A stretch of DNA of 64,000 bases from an uncultured Methanosarcinales archaeon (GCA_964593285.1 CAZQHZ010000005.1:1-64000), one strand, 5' to 3'; positions 1 to 12,095 are shown, counted from the first letter of the stretch. Translations and numbers: made by a program. The notes: generated by a model not told the origin, from the sequence alone.

Positions 1-14
1 GCTAATTCTATGCT

Positions 15-55
15 GCAATTTCCCGCCAAAAAAGGCGGTAAATTTTGCCTAACAT
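15..55. other. GC-rich hairpin plus RYYYAAC/GTTRRRY core (candidate recombination site)
   Basis: GCAATTT-C-CCGCC-A6-GGCGG-T-AAATT-TT-GC. GCCTAAC at 47-53 reads GTTAGGC on the minus strand, about 95 bp upstream of the integrase. Confidence 0.4.
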
Positions 56-146
56 GTATTAATAGATGGGGATTTTCGGTTAATATGGAGAATTTTCAAA
101 AAAAATGTAGTTAAATATATTAATTTGAGATGATTTATTGTGTTTT

Positions 147-951
147 ATGGAAAATGAAAGCCAAATTGGTATTTTTTGGAAAAATAAATTAGTAAATGAA
201 TGTAAATTAAAGGGTTATTCTAATAGAACAATTAAAACATATTTGTATTTTGTTGAAAAATTTTTGAATTCAAAAAAGCTACCAAAGGAATTTATTTTAG
301 GAATGATTAATGATGGTTATATGCAAGAAACAATAAGATTAGCAACTTTTGCAATTAAGTTTTATTTAAAAATTAATTGCAGAGATGATGATGAATTAAA
401 AAATGTATTAAAAATTTCAAATGTAAAAAAAGAAAAAAAATTACCAATAATTTTATCTAAAAAAGAAATTTTTGATATGGTTAATGCAATGCAAAATGTT
501 AAACATAAATTAATTATTATGCTTTGTTATTCATCTGGCCTTCGAGCAAGTGAGGTTATTAATTTAAAATGGCAAGATATTGATTTTAAAAGAAATATTA
601 TTCATATAAAATTAGCAAAAGGAAAAAAAGATAGAATTGTTATGCTTTCGCCAAAAGTAAAAAAATTTTGATAAAGAAAAGTTAGATTTTATTTTTAAAT
701 CAAGAAATGGTAAACAATCTATTAGATCAATTGAGTTAATTGTAAAAAAAGCAAAAAATTTAGCAAAAATAAATAAAAATATTACACCACATTCATTAAG
801 ACATTCTTTTGCAACACATTTATTAGAAAAAGGTGTTGACATTAGATATATTAGAGATTTACTTGGACATTCTAGTATTAATACAACATTAATTTATACA
901 AAAGTTTCAAAAAAACAATTATTTCAAATTAAAAGCCCATTAGATTATTAA
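147..951 (+). pseudogene. Tyrosine recombinase (XerD/IntI-like, N-terminal SAM domain), frameshifted near 660-670
   Basis: Frame 0 has SGLRASE and KGKKDR and stops at TGA 669-671. The +1 frame continues with [36 protein letters not shown] to TAA 949-951. The break is at an A7T4 run. Confidence 0.9.
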
Positions 952-956
952 TAAAA

Positions 957-1023
957 ATACATCAGCCCCCTTCCATTATTTGGGTGGGGTTAGAATCAGC
1001 AAACGGATAGAGAGCTGATGTGT
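957..1023. other. GC-rich fold-back element between convergent genes (terminator-like or small RNA)
   Basis: ACATCAGC (959-966) / GCTGATGT (1014-1021). On the minus strand the stem extends to about 19 bp with G-U pairs. Confidence 0.55.
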
Positions 1024-1446
1024 TTATATATCTTTTTTTTTGAAAATAAAGTTTTGAGGTGGTCTTCTTAATTCTTGCATCCACATAATTCCAACTTTGA
1101 TCATTGCTTTATTGAATTTATCAGATAATTTATAGTGTTTTTTATATAAATCATATTCAATTATTCCCATAGCCTTCATTGGAGTTAATATTCTATCATA
1201 AAATTGTCTTTTATTGTATGATAGTCTTACTTTTTTCCCAACATACCCTTCTTCTTCAATATTTGCCTGTGTTTTACCATCATGTAAATTTGTTGCAAAT
1301 AAAGACATTTCAGTTTTACCAATAACATTATCATTTAATTTCATCTCATCAATTAATAATTTTGCCACTATTATTTGCTGTTTTGTTGCAAAAATAACCT
1401 CATATATATCATCAGGCATGTTAAATTGATCAAATAATATAACCAT
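1024..1446 (-). CDS. Conserved hypothetical protein, winged-helix-like
   Basis: ORF. The ATG at 1446 lies about 24 nt below an AAAGATTTATATA BRE/TATA. C-terminal LTPMKAMGIIEYD..KHYKLS resembles a wHTH wing. Confidence 0.7.
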   Translation of the reverse strand: MVILFDQFNMPDDIYEVIFATKQQIIVAKLLIDEMKLNDNVIGKTEMSLFATNLHDGKTQANIEEEGYVGKKVRLSYNKRQFYDRILTPMKAMGIIEYDLYKKHYKLSDKFNKAMIKVGIMWMQELRRPPQNFIFKKKDI

Positions 1447-1513
1447 AGAAATATAATGGTACAACTAATATATAAATCTTTCGTTTAGTATATTAAATTG
1501 TATACTAAATTAC

Positions 1514-2476
1514 TTATTCTGTTTTAATTTTATAGTATTTCAAGTACCAATCTAAAAAGTTTTTAATACCTTCTTCTAGTTTTGTCTTTGGATTATATTT
1601 TAGTAATTTTTTAGCCTTTGAAATATCAGCATGTGTTTGATAGACATCACCTGGCTGCATTGGCATTAAATTTTTTTTAGCTTTTATGTTTAATTGTTTT
1701 TCAATTATTTTTATAAAATCTAATAATTTAACAGGTTTTCCATTGCCTAAATTAAATATTTCATAGCCTTTAGAATAATTTATTGCAGCAATAACACCTT
1801 CAATAACATCTCCAATATAACTAAAATCTCTAGACATTTTTCCTTCATTATAAACATCTATTGGTTTATTTTCAAGTATGTTTTTTGTAAATTTAAATAA
1901 TGCCATATCAGGCCGTCCATATTCACCATAAACTGTAAAAAACCTAAGACCTATACAATTTATATTATATAAATGATGGTATGTAAATGCAATTTCTTCA
2001 TTTGACTTTTTAGTTGCTGCATATAAAGAAACAGGATTATCAACTTTTTGTGATTCTCTAAAGGGTATTTCTTTTGATAAACCATATACTGAACTAGATG
2101 ATGCAAAAATAAAATGCTTTATTTTATATTTTTTACACAATTCAAGTAAATTTGTTGTTCCTTGAACATTTGACTTAATATAAGCTAGGGGGTCTTCAAG
2201 AGAATATCTAACACCAGCTTGTGCTCCAAGATGGCATATTTTATCAAATTTATGTTCTTTAAAAATACAATCCATTGATTTATAATTAGAAAAATCAGCT
2301 TTAATTAATGTAATGTTTTTAAATTTTAATAACTCTTTTGCCCTTGACTCTTTTAACTTTGGATCGTAGTATTTGTTAAAATTATCAACCACAACAACAT
2401 TATGGTTTTCTTGTGCAAGTCTTTTTGCAGTATGATATCCAATAAATCCAGCTCCACCTGTAACCAAAATATTAAT
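1514..2476 (-). CDS. UDP-glucuronate 4-epimerase-like NAD-dependent epimerase
   Basis: GGAGFIG, HLGAQAGVRYS, YAATK and GRPDMA motifs. Probable start is ATT at 2476, after the SD GGAAGGTGA. Confidence 0.92.
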   Translation of the reverse strand: MNILVTGGAGFIGYHTAKRLAQENHNVVVVDNFNKYYDPKLKESRAKELLKFKNITLIKADFSNYKSMDCIFKEHKFDKICHLGAQAGVRYSLEDPLAYIKSNVQGTTNLLELCKKYKIKHFIFASSSSVYGLSKEIPFRESQKVDNPVSLYAATKKSNEEIAFTYHHLYNINCIGLRFFTVYGEYGRPDMALFKFTKNILENKPIDVYNEGKMSRDFSYIGDVIEGVIAAINYSKGYEIFNLGNGKPVKLLDFIKIIEKQLNIKAKKNLMPMQPGDVYQTHADISKAKKLLKYNPKTKLEEGIKNFLDWYLKYYKIKTE

Positions 2477-2532
2477 TTAAATCACCTTCCAATATTTATT
2501 ATTTCAATAAAAATAAAATTAATTATATAAAA

Positions 2533-3315
2533 TTACTTTGACATTTCATCTAAAATTTTTTTTGTCTTAACACTATCTAAAAAAGGCTCTGGACTTTCAT
2601 TTATAATTGTAATATCTAAATTATGTTTAATTATTGATTTTATTAATGGCTTTATTAATTCTTTATCTGTAACTAAATGTTTTTTTTCACCTTTTTGTGT
2701 AAATTCAATTCCTGAAAAATGTGAATGAATATAAGGTAAAACTTTTGTTTCTTTAAATAATTTATCATAATCAATTACACCATTTTGTCTTGCATAAATA
2801 TGTGCAAAATCAATACATAAATAACAATTAATTTCTTTATAAAGATTTAATAATTCCTCAATGCTACCAAATTGTGTGTGTTTACCAGTTGTTTCTGGTG
2901 CAAGTTTAACATTTAAATTATTTTTTTTTATTAAATCATTTATTAGCAAGATATTATTTTTTATTTTTTTATATGTTTCAATTTTTGTTTTATTTTGATA
3001 AAACCCTGCATGAAATACAACAAATTCTGCATTTAAATAATGTGCTTTTTTACAGCTATCAAGTATTCTTGTAATTGATGCATCTACTTTTTCTTTTTCA
3101 TCTGATGCTAAATTAATATAATAAGGTGCATGGACTGATAGTTTTATATTATTTTTTTTTGCTAATTTTCCAATAATTTTTGCTTTTTCATCAGACATTC
3201 TAACTCCATAAGTAAATTCAACTTCAAGAGCATTTAAACCTAATTCTTTTAATTTTTCTATTCCTTTTTCATATCCAAGACCGCTTGTTCCACCAGGTCC
3301 TAATTTTACATTCAT
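2533..3315 (-). CDS. nfo: Endonuclease IV (AP endonuclease family 2)
   Basis: HAPYYINL, FHAG, PETTGK..QFG, CIDFAH and HSHFSGIEF motifs. Confidence 0.9.
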   Translation of the reverse strand: MNVKLGPGGTSGLGYEKGIEKLKELGLNALEVEFTYGVRMSDEKAKIIGKLAKKNNIKLSVHAPYYINLASDEKEKVDASITRILDSCKKAHYLNAEFVVFHAGFYQNKTKIETYKKIKNNILLINDLIKKNNLNVKLAPETTGKHTQFGSIEELLNLYKEINCYLCIDFAHIYARQNGVIDYDKLFKETKVLPYIHSHFSGIEFTQKGEKKHLVTDKELIKPLIKSIIKHNLDITIINESPEPFLDSVKTKKILDEMSK

Positions 3316-4514
3316 TGTTCAGAAACCTCTACTTTAATAAAATATTTTGAAAAATGAGTAACAATTGAAGATACAATAATTGAGTAAACTATAAATATGA
3401 ACATATAATTTAAAACAATTTGTGCATTTGATGGAATTAAATTAAATGCACTAAAACCAATTAAGCTAAAAGTAACAACAGCTGCTGCAATTCCTTTTGG
3501 TGTATTTAATGACATAAACAATTTTTCTTTATGATTTAATAATTTATTTCCAGGAAATGATAAATAAACTGCAATTATTCTAAGCAATATTGAAATAAAA
3601 TATAATAGCAATGAAATAATAAAAAAATTTAATGTAAATGGAATTTTAATCATTAAACCAAGTAATATAAATACTAAAATTAATAAAGCACTTGAAAACA
3701 TTCCTGAAAATTCTATTAAAGAGCTTTTTTGCTTAATATGTAAATTTCCAAAAAATATTCCAAGTACAGTAACTGCTAATATACCACTACCTGATAAATT
3801 TTCTGCTAATATATAAGTTAATAAACATGCAGTAATTAGAATTAAAGGAGATAATTTTTGAGAATAATATTTTCTCATAAATTTAAATACAATTATTCCA
3901 ATAACAACACCAGCACCAACACCTGTAATAATTTGCTGCATGAAATTAATTAAATGTATACTATCAATTCCAACACCCTCACCAAATGTTTTCATTAAAT
4001 CAATAAAAAGAAAAGGAAAAACTACAGTTATTGGAGTATTTACAATTGATTCAAATTTTAATAAATCAACAGCTTTTGTTTTTGTTTTTTTATATAATGT
4101 TAATACAATATCAGGACTTGTTGCAGATACAATTACTGCTAAAATAAAACCATAAAAAATACTATCTAAATCAAATAAATAATAAGTAATTATACCTAAA
4201 ACTAATAAATTAATCATAAATGTTGCAAATGCAAGTTTTACTGCACTTAATGTTAAACTATCAAATTCTTTCCATTTAAATTTATTACATGAATCAAAAA
4301 CAATCATAACTAAAGCTAATATTCCAATAGAAGTTATAAAAATTGGTGGAAAATTTACTAAAGAATTACCATTATAACTAATATTTGCAAGTGCAAAACC
4401 AATAAGAATTAAAAATAAAATATTTGGTATTTTAAGTTTATTAGAAATTAAACTAAAAATTATTCCTAATATTAATAAAATTGTTATTTGTGTTAAAATA
4501 ACTAATGGATCCAT
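3312..4514 (-). CDS. Cation:proton antiporter (CPA1/NhaP family)
   Basis: About 12 TM segments; ATSP, FESIVN and PKGIAAA motifs. Confidence 0.85.
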   Translation of the reverse strand: MDPLVILTQITILLILGIIFSLISNKLKIPNILFLILIGFALANISYNGNSLVNFPPIFITSIGILALVMIVFDSCNKFKWKEFDSLTLSAVKLAFATFMINLLVLGIITYYLFDLDSIFYGFILAVIVSATSPDIVLTLYKKTKTKAVDLLKFESIVNTPITVVFPFLFIDLMKTFGEGVGIDSIHLINFMQQIITGVGAGVVIGIIVFKFMRKYYSQKLSPLILITACLLTYILAENLSGSGILAVTVLGIFFGNLHIKQKSSLIEFSGMFSSALLILVFILLGLMIKIPFTLNFFIISLLLYFISILLRIIAVYLSFPGNKLLNHKEKLFMSLNTPKGIAAAVVTFSLIGFSAFNLIPSNAQIVLNYMFIFIVYSIIVSSIVTHFSKYFIKVEVSEQ

Positions 4515-4730
4515 AAAATACCTCTTTTTAAATATATTTAGATATAAAATTTAATTTATCTATTTATTAAGTTTTCGATTATTCAAATTAAAAAGAAAAC
4601 TTATAATTGAATTTAATATGAATAAATTACAAGATTAATATTTAAAAAAAAAGAATATTTTTGCAAGATACAATTATATAATAAAGATGAAGTATTTGAA
4701 TCAAAAGCATTTTTTATGAATGTTATTTAA

Positions 4731-6629
4731 TTATTTTTTTTCATCTATTTCTTTTTTTAAATTACTAATAAATTCATCTATTGCAATTTCACCTTTTATT
4801 TCATTATCTCTTGTTCTAATATTAATTGTATTGTTTTCTTGTTCTTTTTGCCCAACAATTAAAATATAATTAATTTTATCTAGTTGTGCTTCTCTAACTT
4901 TTTTTGATATAGACTCATTTCTAATATCTAATTTTACCCTTATATTTTCACTTTGTAATTTCTCTTTAATTTTTTTTGCATAATCATTATAATTGTCTGA
5001 GATGCTTAAAACTGTTACTTGCATTGGTGAAAACCATAAAGGAAATTTCCCTGCATAATGTTCAATTAATATTCCAATGAATCTTTCAAGTGAACCATAT
5101 ATTACTCTATGAATCATTACAGGCCTATGATTTTGTGTTCCATCTTCGCCCATATATTTTAAATCAAATTTTTCAGGTAAGGACATATCTAATTGAATAG
5201 TTCCACATTGCCATGTTCTTTTAAGTGCATCTTTTATATGAATATCAATTTTTGGTCCATAAAATGCACCATCCCCTTCATTAATTTTATATGGTTTTTT
5301 AATTGAATCTAATGCATTTTTTAATCCAGTGGTTGCTTTCTCCCATTGTTCATCTGTTCCTATAGATTTTTTTGGCCTAGTTGATAATTCTAAATGATAA
5401 GAAAGCCCAAAAACACTATAAATTTTATCAACTAGATTTAATACACCAATTATTTCATCTTTAATTTGATCTTCTCTCATAAAAATATGTGCATCATCTT
5501 GATGGAATTGTCTAACTCTAAATAATCCTGATAATACTCCTGATAATTCATGTCTATGAACTAAACCAATTTCGCCAACTCTTAATGGAAGTTCTCTATA
5601 TGAATGAACATCTTCTTTATACATAAGCATTCCACCAGGACAATTCATTGGTTTAACTGCATATTCGATATCATCTATAACTGTTGTATACATATTTTCT
5701 TTAAAATTTAGCCAGTGCCCAGATGATTCCCATAATTTTCTACTCAAAATTATTGGTGTTTTTGTTTCAAGATATCCTGCATTTTTATGTTCTTCTCTCC
5801 AAAATTCAATTAATTTATTAAAAATAACTAAGCCATTATTATGCCAAAAAGGCATACCTTGTGCTTCTTCATGAAAACTAAATAATTTTAACTTTTTCCC
5901 AAGAATTCTATGATCTCTTTTTTTTGCTTCTTCAACCATCGTTAAATATTCTTTTAATTCTTCTTTTGTTGGAAAAGAAATTCCATAAATTCTTTGTAGT
6001 TGTTTATTTTTTACATCCCCTCTAAAATATGCACCTGCAATTTTTGTTAATTTTATAGCTTTAATATATCTAGAACTTGGAACATGAGGACCTTTACATA
6101 AATCTGTAAATTCACCTAATTTATAAAAAGAAATATTTGTTTCATTTAAAGGTAAGTCATTTATTAATTCAGTTTTATAATCATCTAATGACTCTGCTTT
6201 TTTTAATCCTTCATTTCTAGTTAAATCTTCTCTTATAAATTTTTCATTATTTTTAGAAATTTTTTTCATTTCTTTTTCAATTTTTTTTAAATCTTCAGGT
6301 GTTATTGAATAATCTAAATCTATATCATAATAAAAACCATCATCAACTGCAGGACCTATTGCAAGTTTTGCATCTGGCCATAATTTTTTAATTGCTGCAG
6401 CCATTAAATGAGATGATGAATGCCAAAAAATCTCCTTACCTTTTTTATCTTTAAATGTTATAAATTCAACATTTGAATCTTCTTTTATATCACAATTTAA
6501 ATCTAAATATTTATCATTAATTTTCATTGCAATTATTTCTTTATTATCAAGATTTAAATCTTCAATTAGTTTAAATCCATTGACATTTTCTTCATATTCT
6601 AATTCTTTATCATTATATTTAATTTTCAT
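4731..6629 (-). CDS. thrS: Threonine--tRNA ligase, bacterial type
   Basis: TGS and HSSSHLMA editing domain; KRDHR, KPMNCP, RVRQF and GSLERF motifs; SD GGTGA. Confidence 0.98.
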   Translation of the reverse strand: MKIKYNDKELEYEENVNGFKLIEDLNLDNKEIIAMKINDKYLDLNCDIKEDSNVEFITFKDKKGKEIFWHSSSHLMAAAIKKLWPDAKLAIGPAVDDGFYYDIDLDYSITPEDLKKIEKEMKKISKNNEKFIREDLTRNEGLKKAESLDDYKTELINDLPLNETNISFYKLGEFTDLCKGPHVPSSRYIKAIKLTKIAGAYFRGDVKNKQLQRIYGISFPTKEELKEYLTMVEEAKKRDHRILGKKLKLFSFHEEAQGMPFWHNNGLVIFNKLIEFWREEHKNAGYLETKTPIILSRKLWESSGHWLNFKENMYTTVIDDIEYAVKPMNCPGGMLMYKEDVHSYRELPLRVGEIGLVHRHELSGVLSGLFRVRQFHQDDAHIFMREDQIKDEIIGVLNLVDKIYSVFGLSYHLELSTRPKKSIGTDEQWEKATTGLKNALDSIKKPYKINEGDGAFYGPKIDIHIKDALKRTWQCGTIQLDMSLPEKFDLKYMGEDGTQNHRPVMIHRVIYGSLERFIGILIEHYAGKFPLWFSPMQVTVLSISDNYNDYAKKIKEKLQSENIRVKLDIRNESISKKVREAQLDKINYILIVGQKEQENNTINIRTRDNEIKGEIAIDEFISNLKKEIDEKK

Positions 6630-6793
6630 AAAATTTCACCTTTAAAAACTCAATATAAATAGAAAACAATTATTATATTTAAATATATTTTATATTATTT
6701 TGAAAATTTTCTAACATAAAATAATTTAAGATTAAATATTTTATAAAATTTGTTAATTTAAAAAAAAATAAAAGAAAAAAGAAAAACAATTAT

Positions 6794-8419
<1,626 letters not shown>

Positions 8420-8429
8420 TCATTTATAA

Positions 8430-8702
8430 TTATTCTAATTTTGCTAAAACATCTTTATATTCTAAAATAATATATTTTTCACCATCAATTTCAAATTCAT
8501 CAGAACTATATCCACCATATAAAATTACATCATCTTTTTTTAATGGAATATCCTTGCCATCTTTTGTTGTTCCAACATCAACAACAATTCCTTCTTTTTT
8601 ATCTTCTTTTGCAGAATCTGGAATATAAATTCCACCTTTTGTTTTTTCTTCAACTTTTTTTGGTTTTATTAAAACTCTTTCTCCAAGTGGTTTAATTGCC
8701 AT
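8430..8702 (-). CDS. groES: Co-chaperonin GroES
   Basis: IKPLGERVL..TKGGIYIPD; SD GGAGGTG. Confidence 0.97.
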   Translation of the reverse strand: MAIKPLGERVLIKPKKVEEKTKGGIYIPDSAKEDKKEGIVVDVGTTKDGKDIPLKKDDVILYGGYSSDEFEIDGEKYIILEYKDVLAKLE

Positions 8703-8724
8703 TATTTACACCTCCAACTAACCA

Positions 8725-8758
8725 TAAAATCAAACTCAAATTAATTTCGTTGATTTTA
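8725..8758. promoter_or_regulatory. Inverted repeat in the groES leader
   Basis: TAAAATCAA (8725-8733) / TTGATTTTA (8750-8758), just below a TTTATAAA box at about 8784-8791. Confidence 0.45.
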
Positions 8759-8908
8759 AGTAAACCAAGAAAATAATAAGTTATTTATAAATTTTTTTAA
8801 TTTCTAATATATATTTTTAAAAAAATAAAAATTAATTAAATAAAGTAAAAATCATTTCTACAAAAAAGCAAAAAATATATTAATAGTAATAAAAAAATTA
8901 AAAAAATA

Positions 8909-8944
<36 letters not shown>

Positions 8945-8947
8945 AAA

Positions 8948-9352
8948 ATGCAACAAATTATATTAAAAAAAATAAATAAACCAAAAGAAAAAAAAATTAA
9001 CAACGATATTGAATGGTTTTGTGAAAGTTTTGGTTTTTGTTCTGGTAGAGACATTGATAAAATGAGTACACAAATCATAAATGAATTAATAAATAGGTAC
9101 ACTAAAGAATATAAAATTTCTTCAGAATTAATTGCAAAAAAACTAAATGCTCCATCACCTCGAATAAACCACCATGTTAGAAATTTAATTGACAGCGGTT
9201 TTTTATACAGAGAAAAAAGATTTTTGCATATTAGAGGTGGAACTATGAAATCTGCAGTTGAAGAAATTAGAAAGGATGCTAATCGAATATTTGATGAAAT
9301 AGAAAAAATTGCAGTAGAAATTGATGAATCCGTTGGATTAAAAAATAGATAA
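8948..9352 (+). CDS. Winged-HTH transcriptional regulator (ArsR-like)
   Basis: ISSELIAKKLNAPSPRINHHVRNLIDSGFL HTH; divergent from groES. Confidence 0.8.
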   Translation: MQQIILKKINKPKEKKINNDIEWFCESFGFCSGRDIDKMSTQIINELINRYTKEYKISSELIAKKLNAPSPRINHHVRNLIDSGFLYREKRFLHIRGGTMKSAVEEIRKDANRIFDEIEKIAVEIDESVGLKNR

Positions 9353-9362
9353 TAAATAAAAT

Positions 9363-10711
9363 TTAATCAAGATTAACAATAAATCTCATATACTGATAAT
9401 CTTTATTTCCTAAATCATCTCGTGCTTTTATTAAAAAATTTTTATGTCCATTAGTTAATTTTGATGTATTAAATTTAATTTCTCCAGTATTTTCATTTAT
9501 TGTAAAAATATCATTATATGAAAAAAATGTTACATTTTCTCCTGTTGCTTTAACTTGATATTCAAATACTTCTGGTTTATTAATTATAAATTCAGGCATT
9601 TCATTGATTTTAACATCTTGAATATAATAAGTAGAATTATAAGACCAAACATAATTAGTTAAAAATGAATAAATAAAAGACTGACTACTATTTTCAATAT
9701 TATCAAATATATAAAAAAATATAACACTATTTAAATCAACAACTCTTGTTTCAAAAATTCCATCATGTTCATAAATTTTATTAATTATAAAACAAAATGG
9801 AATGGTATCAAAGTCTTTTTTTTGTTCATTAATTATCTCTTTTACCATATTGTACTTTTCTTCATAATCAAAATCAATGATAGTAAAAAAATTTGTTAAA
9901 TTGTAGAAATTATCAGATTCTTTAATTATAATTGGATAACTTATATTAAAATAAACTTTTTCATTAGCTATTATGACTTCTCCATTAATTTTTTTATCTA
10001 TTATTTTAACAGAATTGTTTGAAAATTTTGAAAAATCATTAATACAAAAAGGCAAATAATCAACTAAATAATTAAATAATTCATCTTCAATTGTATCAAT
10101 TGTGGGCATATAACTTTTTTCTTGATGTATGTAATATGGAATGTTAAAATTTGAAAATTTTAAATTTAAGTTAGGAGTATTATAATATCCACCTTTTATT
10201 CCAGTCAAATAAATTCCATCAATTCCAACATTATAAATACATGACTCAACAAAACTTTTGATTGAATCATTAATTTTTTCATTGATTTTATTTTCTTCTT
10301 TTGTAATATTAACTATGTTTGTTTCATTTTCAAAGATAGTTTCATTTTTTATGATTGAATCATTTTTTAAGATAGTTTCATNNNNNNNNNNNNNNNNNNN
10401 NNNNNNNNNNNNNNNNNNNNNNNNNNNNNNNNNNNNNNNNNNNNNNNNNNNNNNNNNNNNNNNNNNNNNNNNNNNNNNNNNTTTTCAAAGATAGTTTCAT
10501 TTTTTATGATTGAATCATTTTTTAAGATAGTTTCATTTTTTATGATTGAATCATTTTTTAAGATAGTTTCATCTTCTATTTCAATTAAATTTACATTTTC
10601 ATAACCATAAAAAAATAAATTATAAATTAATACTATAAGCAACAAAAATATCAAAAAACCATTAAATGCAATTAAATAATTATCTATTTTTTTACTTTTA
10701 TTTTTTAACAT
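9363..10711 (-). CDS. Membrane-anchored surface protein spanning an assembly gap, with a C-terminal Ig/cadherin-like domain
   Basis: N-terminal TM segment. The reading frame after the N gap is open into ORF 9363..10208, and the same 12-aa repeat occurs on both sides of the gap. Confidence 0.75.
10323..10571. repeat. 36-bp coding tandem repeat (ETILKNDSIIKN); copy number obscured by the N gap 10382-10481
   Basis: Repeated aagatagtttcattttttatgattgaatcatttttt units flank the gap. Confidence 0.9.
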
Positions 10712-10779
10712 TATAAATTTACAAATATTATTATTTAAATAATTTTCTAAAATATATAGAATAAAATATTTTTTAGTAA

Positions 10780-11238
10780 TTAATAAAAATTAACTTTATA
10801 ATCAACTAAATTTCCTTTATCATAAATAAATTTTGCAGAAAAAAATTTATCTTTATCTAACCATTTTAAAAAGATTTTATCTCCATCCCATAAATTTAAA
10901 TCAAATAATTTATCATCACTAATCCATTCAAGCTTTCCTTCATTTGAATCAATAATTTCTCCACTAAATTCATTCACAGTAAAAATAAAAACATACCAAT
11001 CATCAATCCCATCAAATGCAGGAAAAGTAATTATTCCTTTCAAAATAGGGTTTTTTATATCAAATCCTGATTCTTCTTTTACTTCTCTAATAATACATTC
11101 TTCAGGGCTTTCACCTGCTTCTAATTTTCCACCAAGACCATTCCATTTATCTTTATGCATATCATTAATTTTTTTAATCCTATGCATCATTAAAGTTTTA
11201 TTGTCTTTTTTTATATAACATAATGTTCCAATTTTCAT
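10780..11238 (-). CDS. Nudix hydrolase, 8-oxo-dGTP diphosphatase-like
   Basis: Nudix box GGKLEAGESPEECIIREVKEESG. Confidence 0.92.
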   Translation of the reverse strand: MKIGTLCYIKKDNKTLMMHRIKKINDMHKDKWNGLGGKLEAGESPEECIIREVKEESGFDIKNPILKGIITFPAFDGIDDWYVFIFTVNEFSGEIIDSNEGKLEWISDDKLFDLNLWDGDKIFLKWLDKDKFFSAKFIYDKGNLVDYKVNFY

Positions 11239-11336
11239 TTTAACTATTATTATTTTTATTATTATTACTCTAACAATTATTATTTCTATTTTTAAGTGTT
11301 AAATTATTTGGTAATTATTTGTTAATTATTTAGTAA

Positions 11337-12095
11337 TTATTTGGTATTTATACAAAAATTACAAAAACATTCATTTTTTGCTTTAGTAAATGCAAAATCC
11401 ATTAAAATTTTTAAATTTTCAATATCTGCTTTATTGTATTCAATTAATTTTGTTAAAGCATTTTTATCTCCGCGTTTATATCTTTTCCACAATCTTACTG
11501 CTTCAAGACCATTAACTTCAGATAAATCATCATTTCTAATAATACCCATATCTTTTTCTATTTTTTTTAAACCACCACAAAAACCAAATTTCTTTAATAA
11601 ATATCGTAAATCTATGTGTATTTGATTTAAATTAATTTTAAATTTATGTTCAATAAAAGGTATATCAAATGTTTTTCCATTAAATGTTACAATAACACCA
11701 TATTTTGAAATTTCTTTTAAAAAATTATGCATATCAATACCATTAACAAAAACCCTGCTTTTTTTACCATCATATAAACCAATAGTTGTAATTTCATTAT
11801 AATTTTTTGATAAACCAGTAGTTTCAATATCTAAAAAACAAACAGAAAAATCTTTATAAGCCCTCCAATGATTATTCGATGGAAGTGTTTTTGAAAAAAA
11901 AGAATGGTTTTTTTTAATATAATTTTCATTAGAAGAATTCAAATAATTATAAATTAAATTTTTTTTATTTTCTTTTAAATCAATTAAATCATAATTATTT
12001 AAAAAATCATCCCATGAAGATATATTATTTTTCCATAAATTTATCTCTGTTTTTTCAGTTATTCCAGGAATATGCAAAAAAGTAGATTTTAACAT
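11337..12095 (-). CDS. YprB-like RNase H-fold exonuclease (RNase_H_2)
   Basis: FLDIETTG, TFNGKTFD, HIDL and YNKAD motifs. Confidence 0.88.
   Translation of the reverse strand: MLKSTFLHIPGITEKTEINLWKNNISSWDDFLNNYDLIDLKENKKNLIYNYLNSSNENYIKKNHSFFSKTLPSNNHWRAYKDFSVCFLDIETTGLSKNYNEITTIGLYDGKKSRVFVNGIDMHNFLKEISKYGVIVTFNGKTFDIPFIEHKFKINLNQIHIDLRYLLKKFGFCGGLKKIEKDMGIIRNDDLSEVNGLEAVRLWKRYKRGDKNALTKLIEYNKADIENLKILMDFAFTKAKNECFCNFCINTK

Noticed and set aside
669..674. Integrase TGA as selenocysteine or readthrough (given selU nearby)
   Set aside because: TGA is followed immediately by TAA, and the continuation is in another frame.
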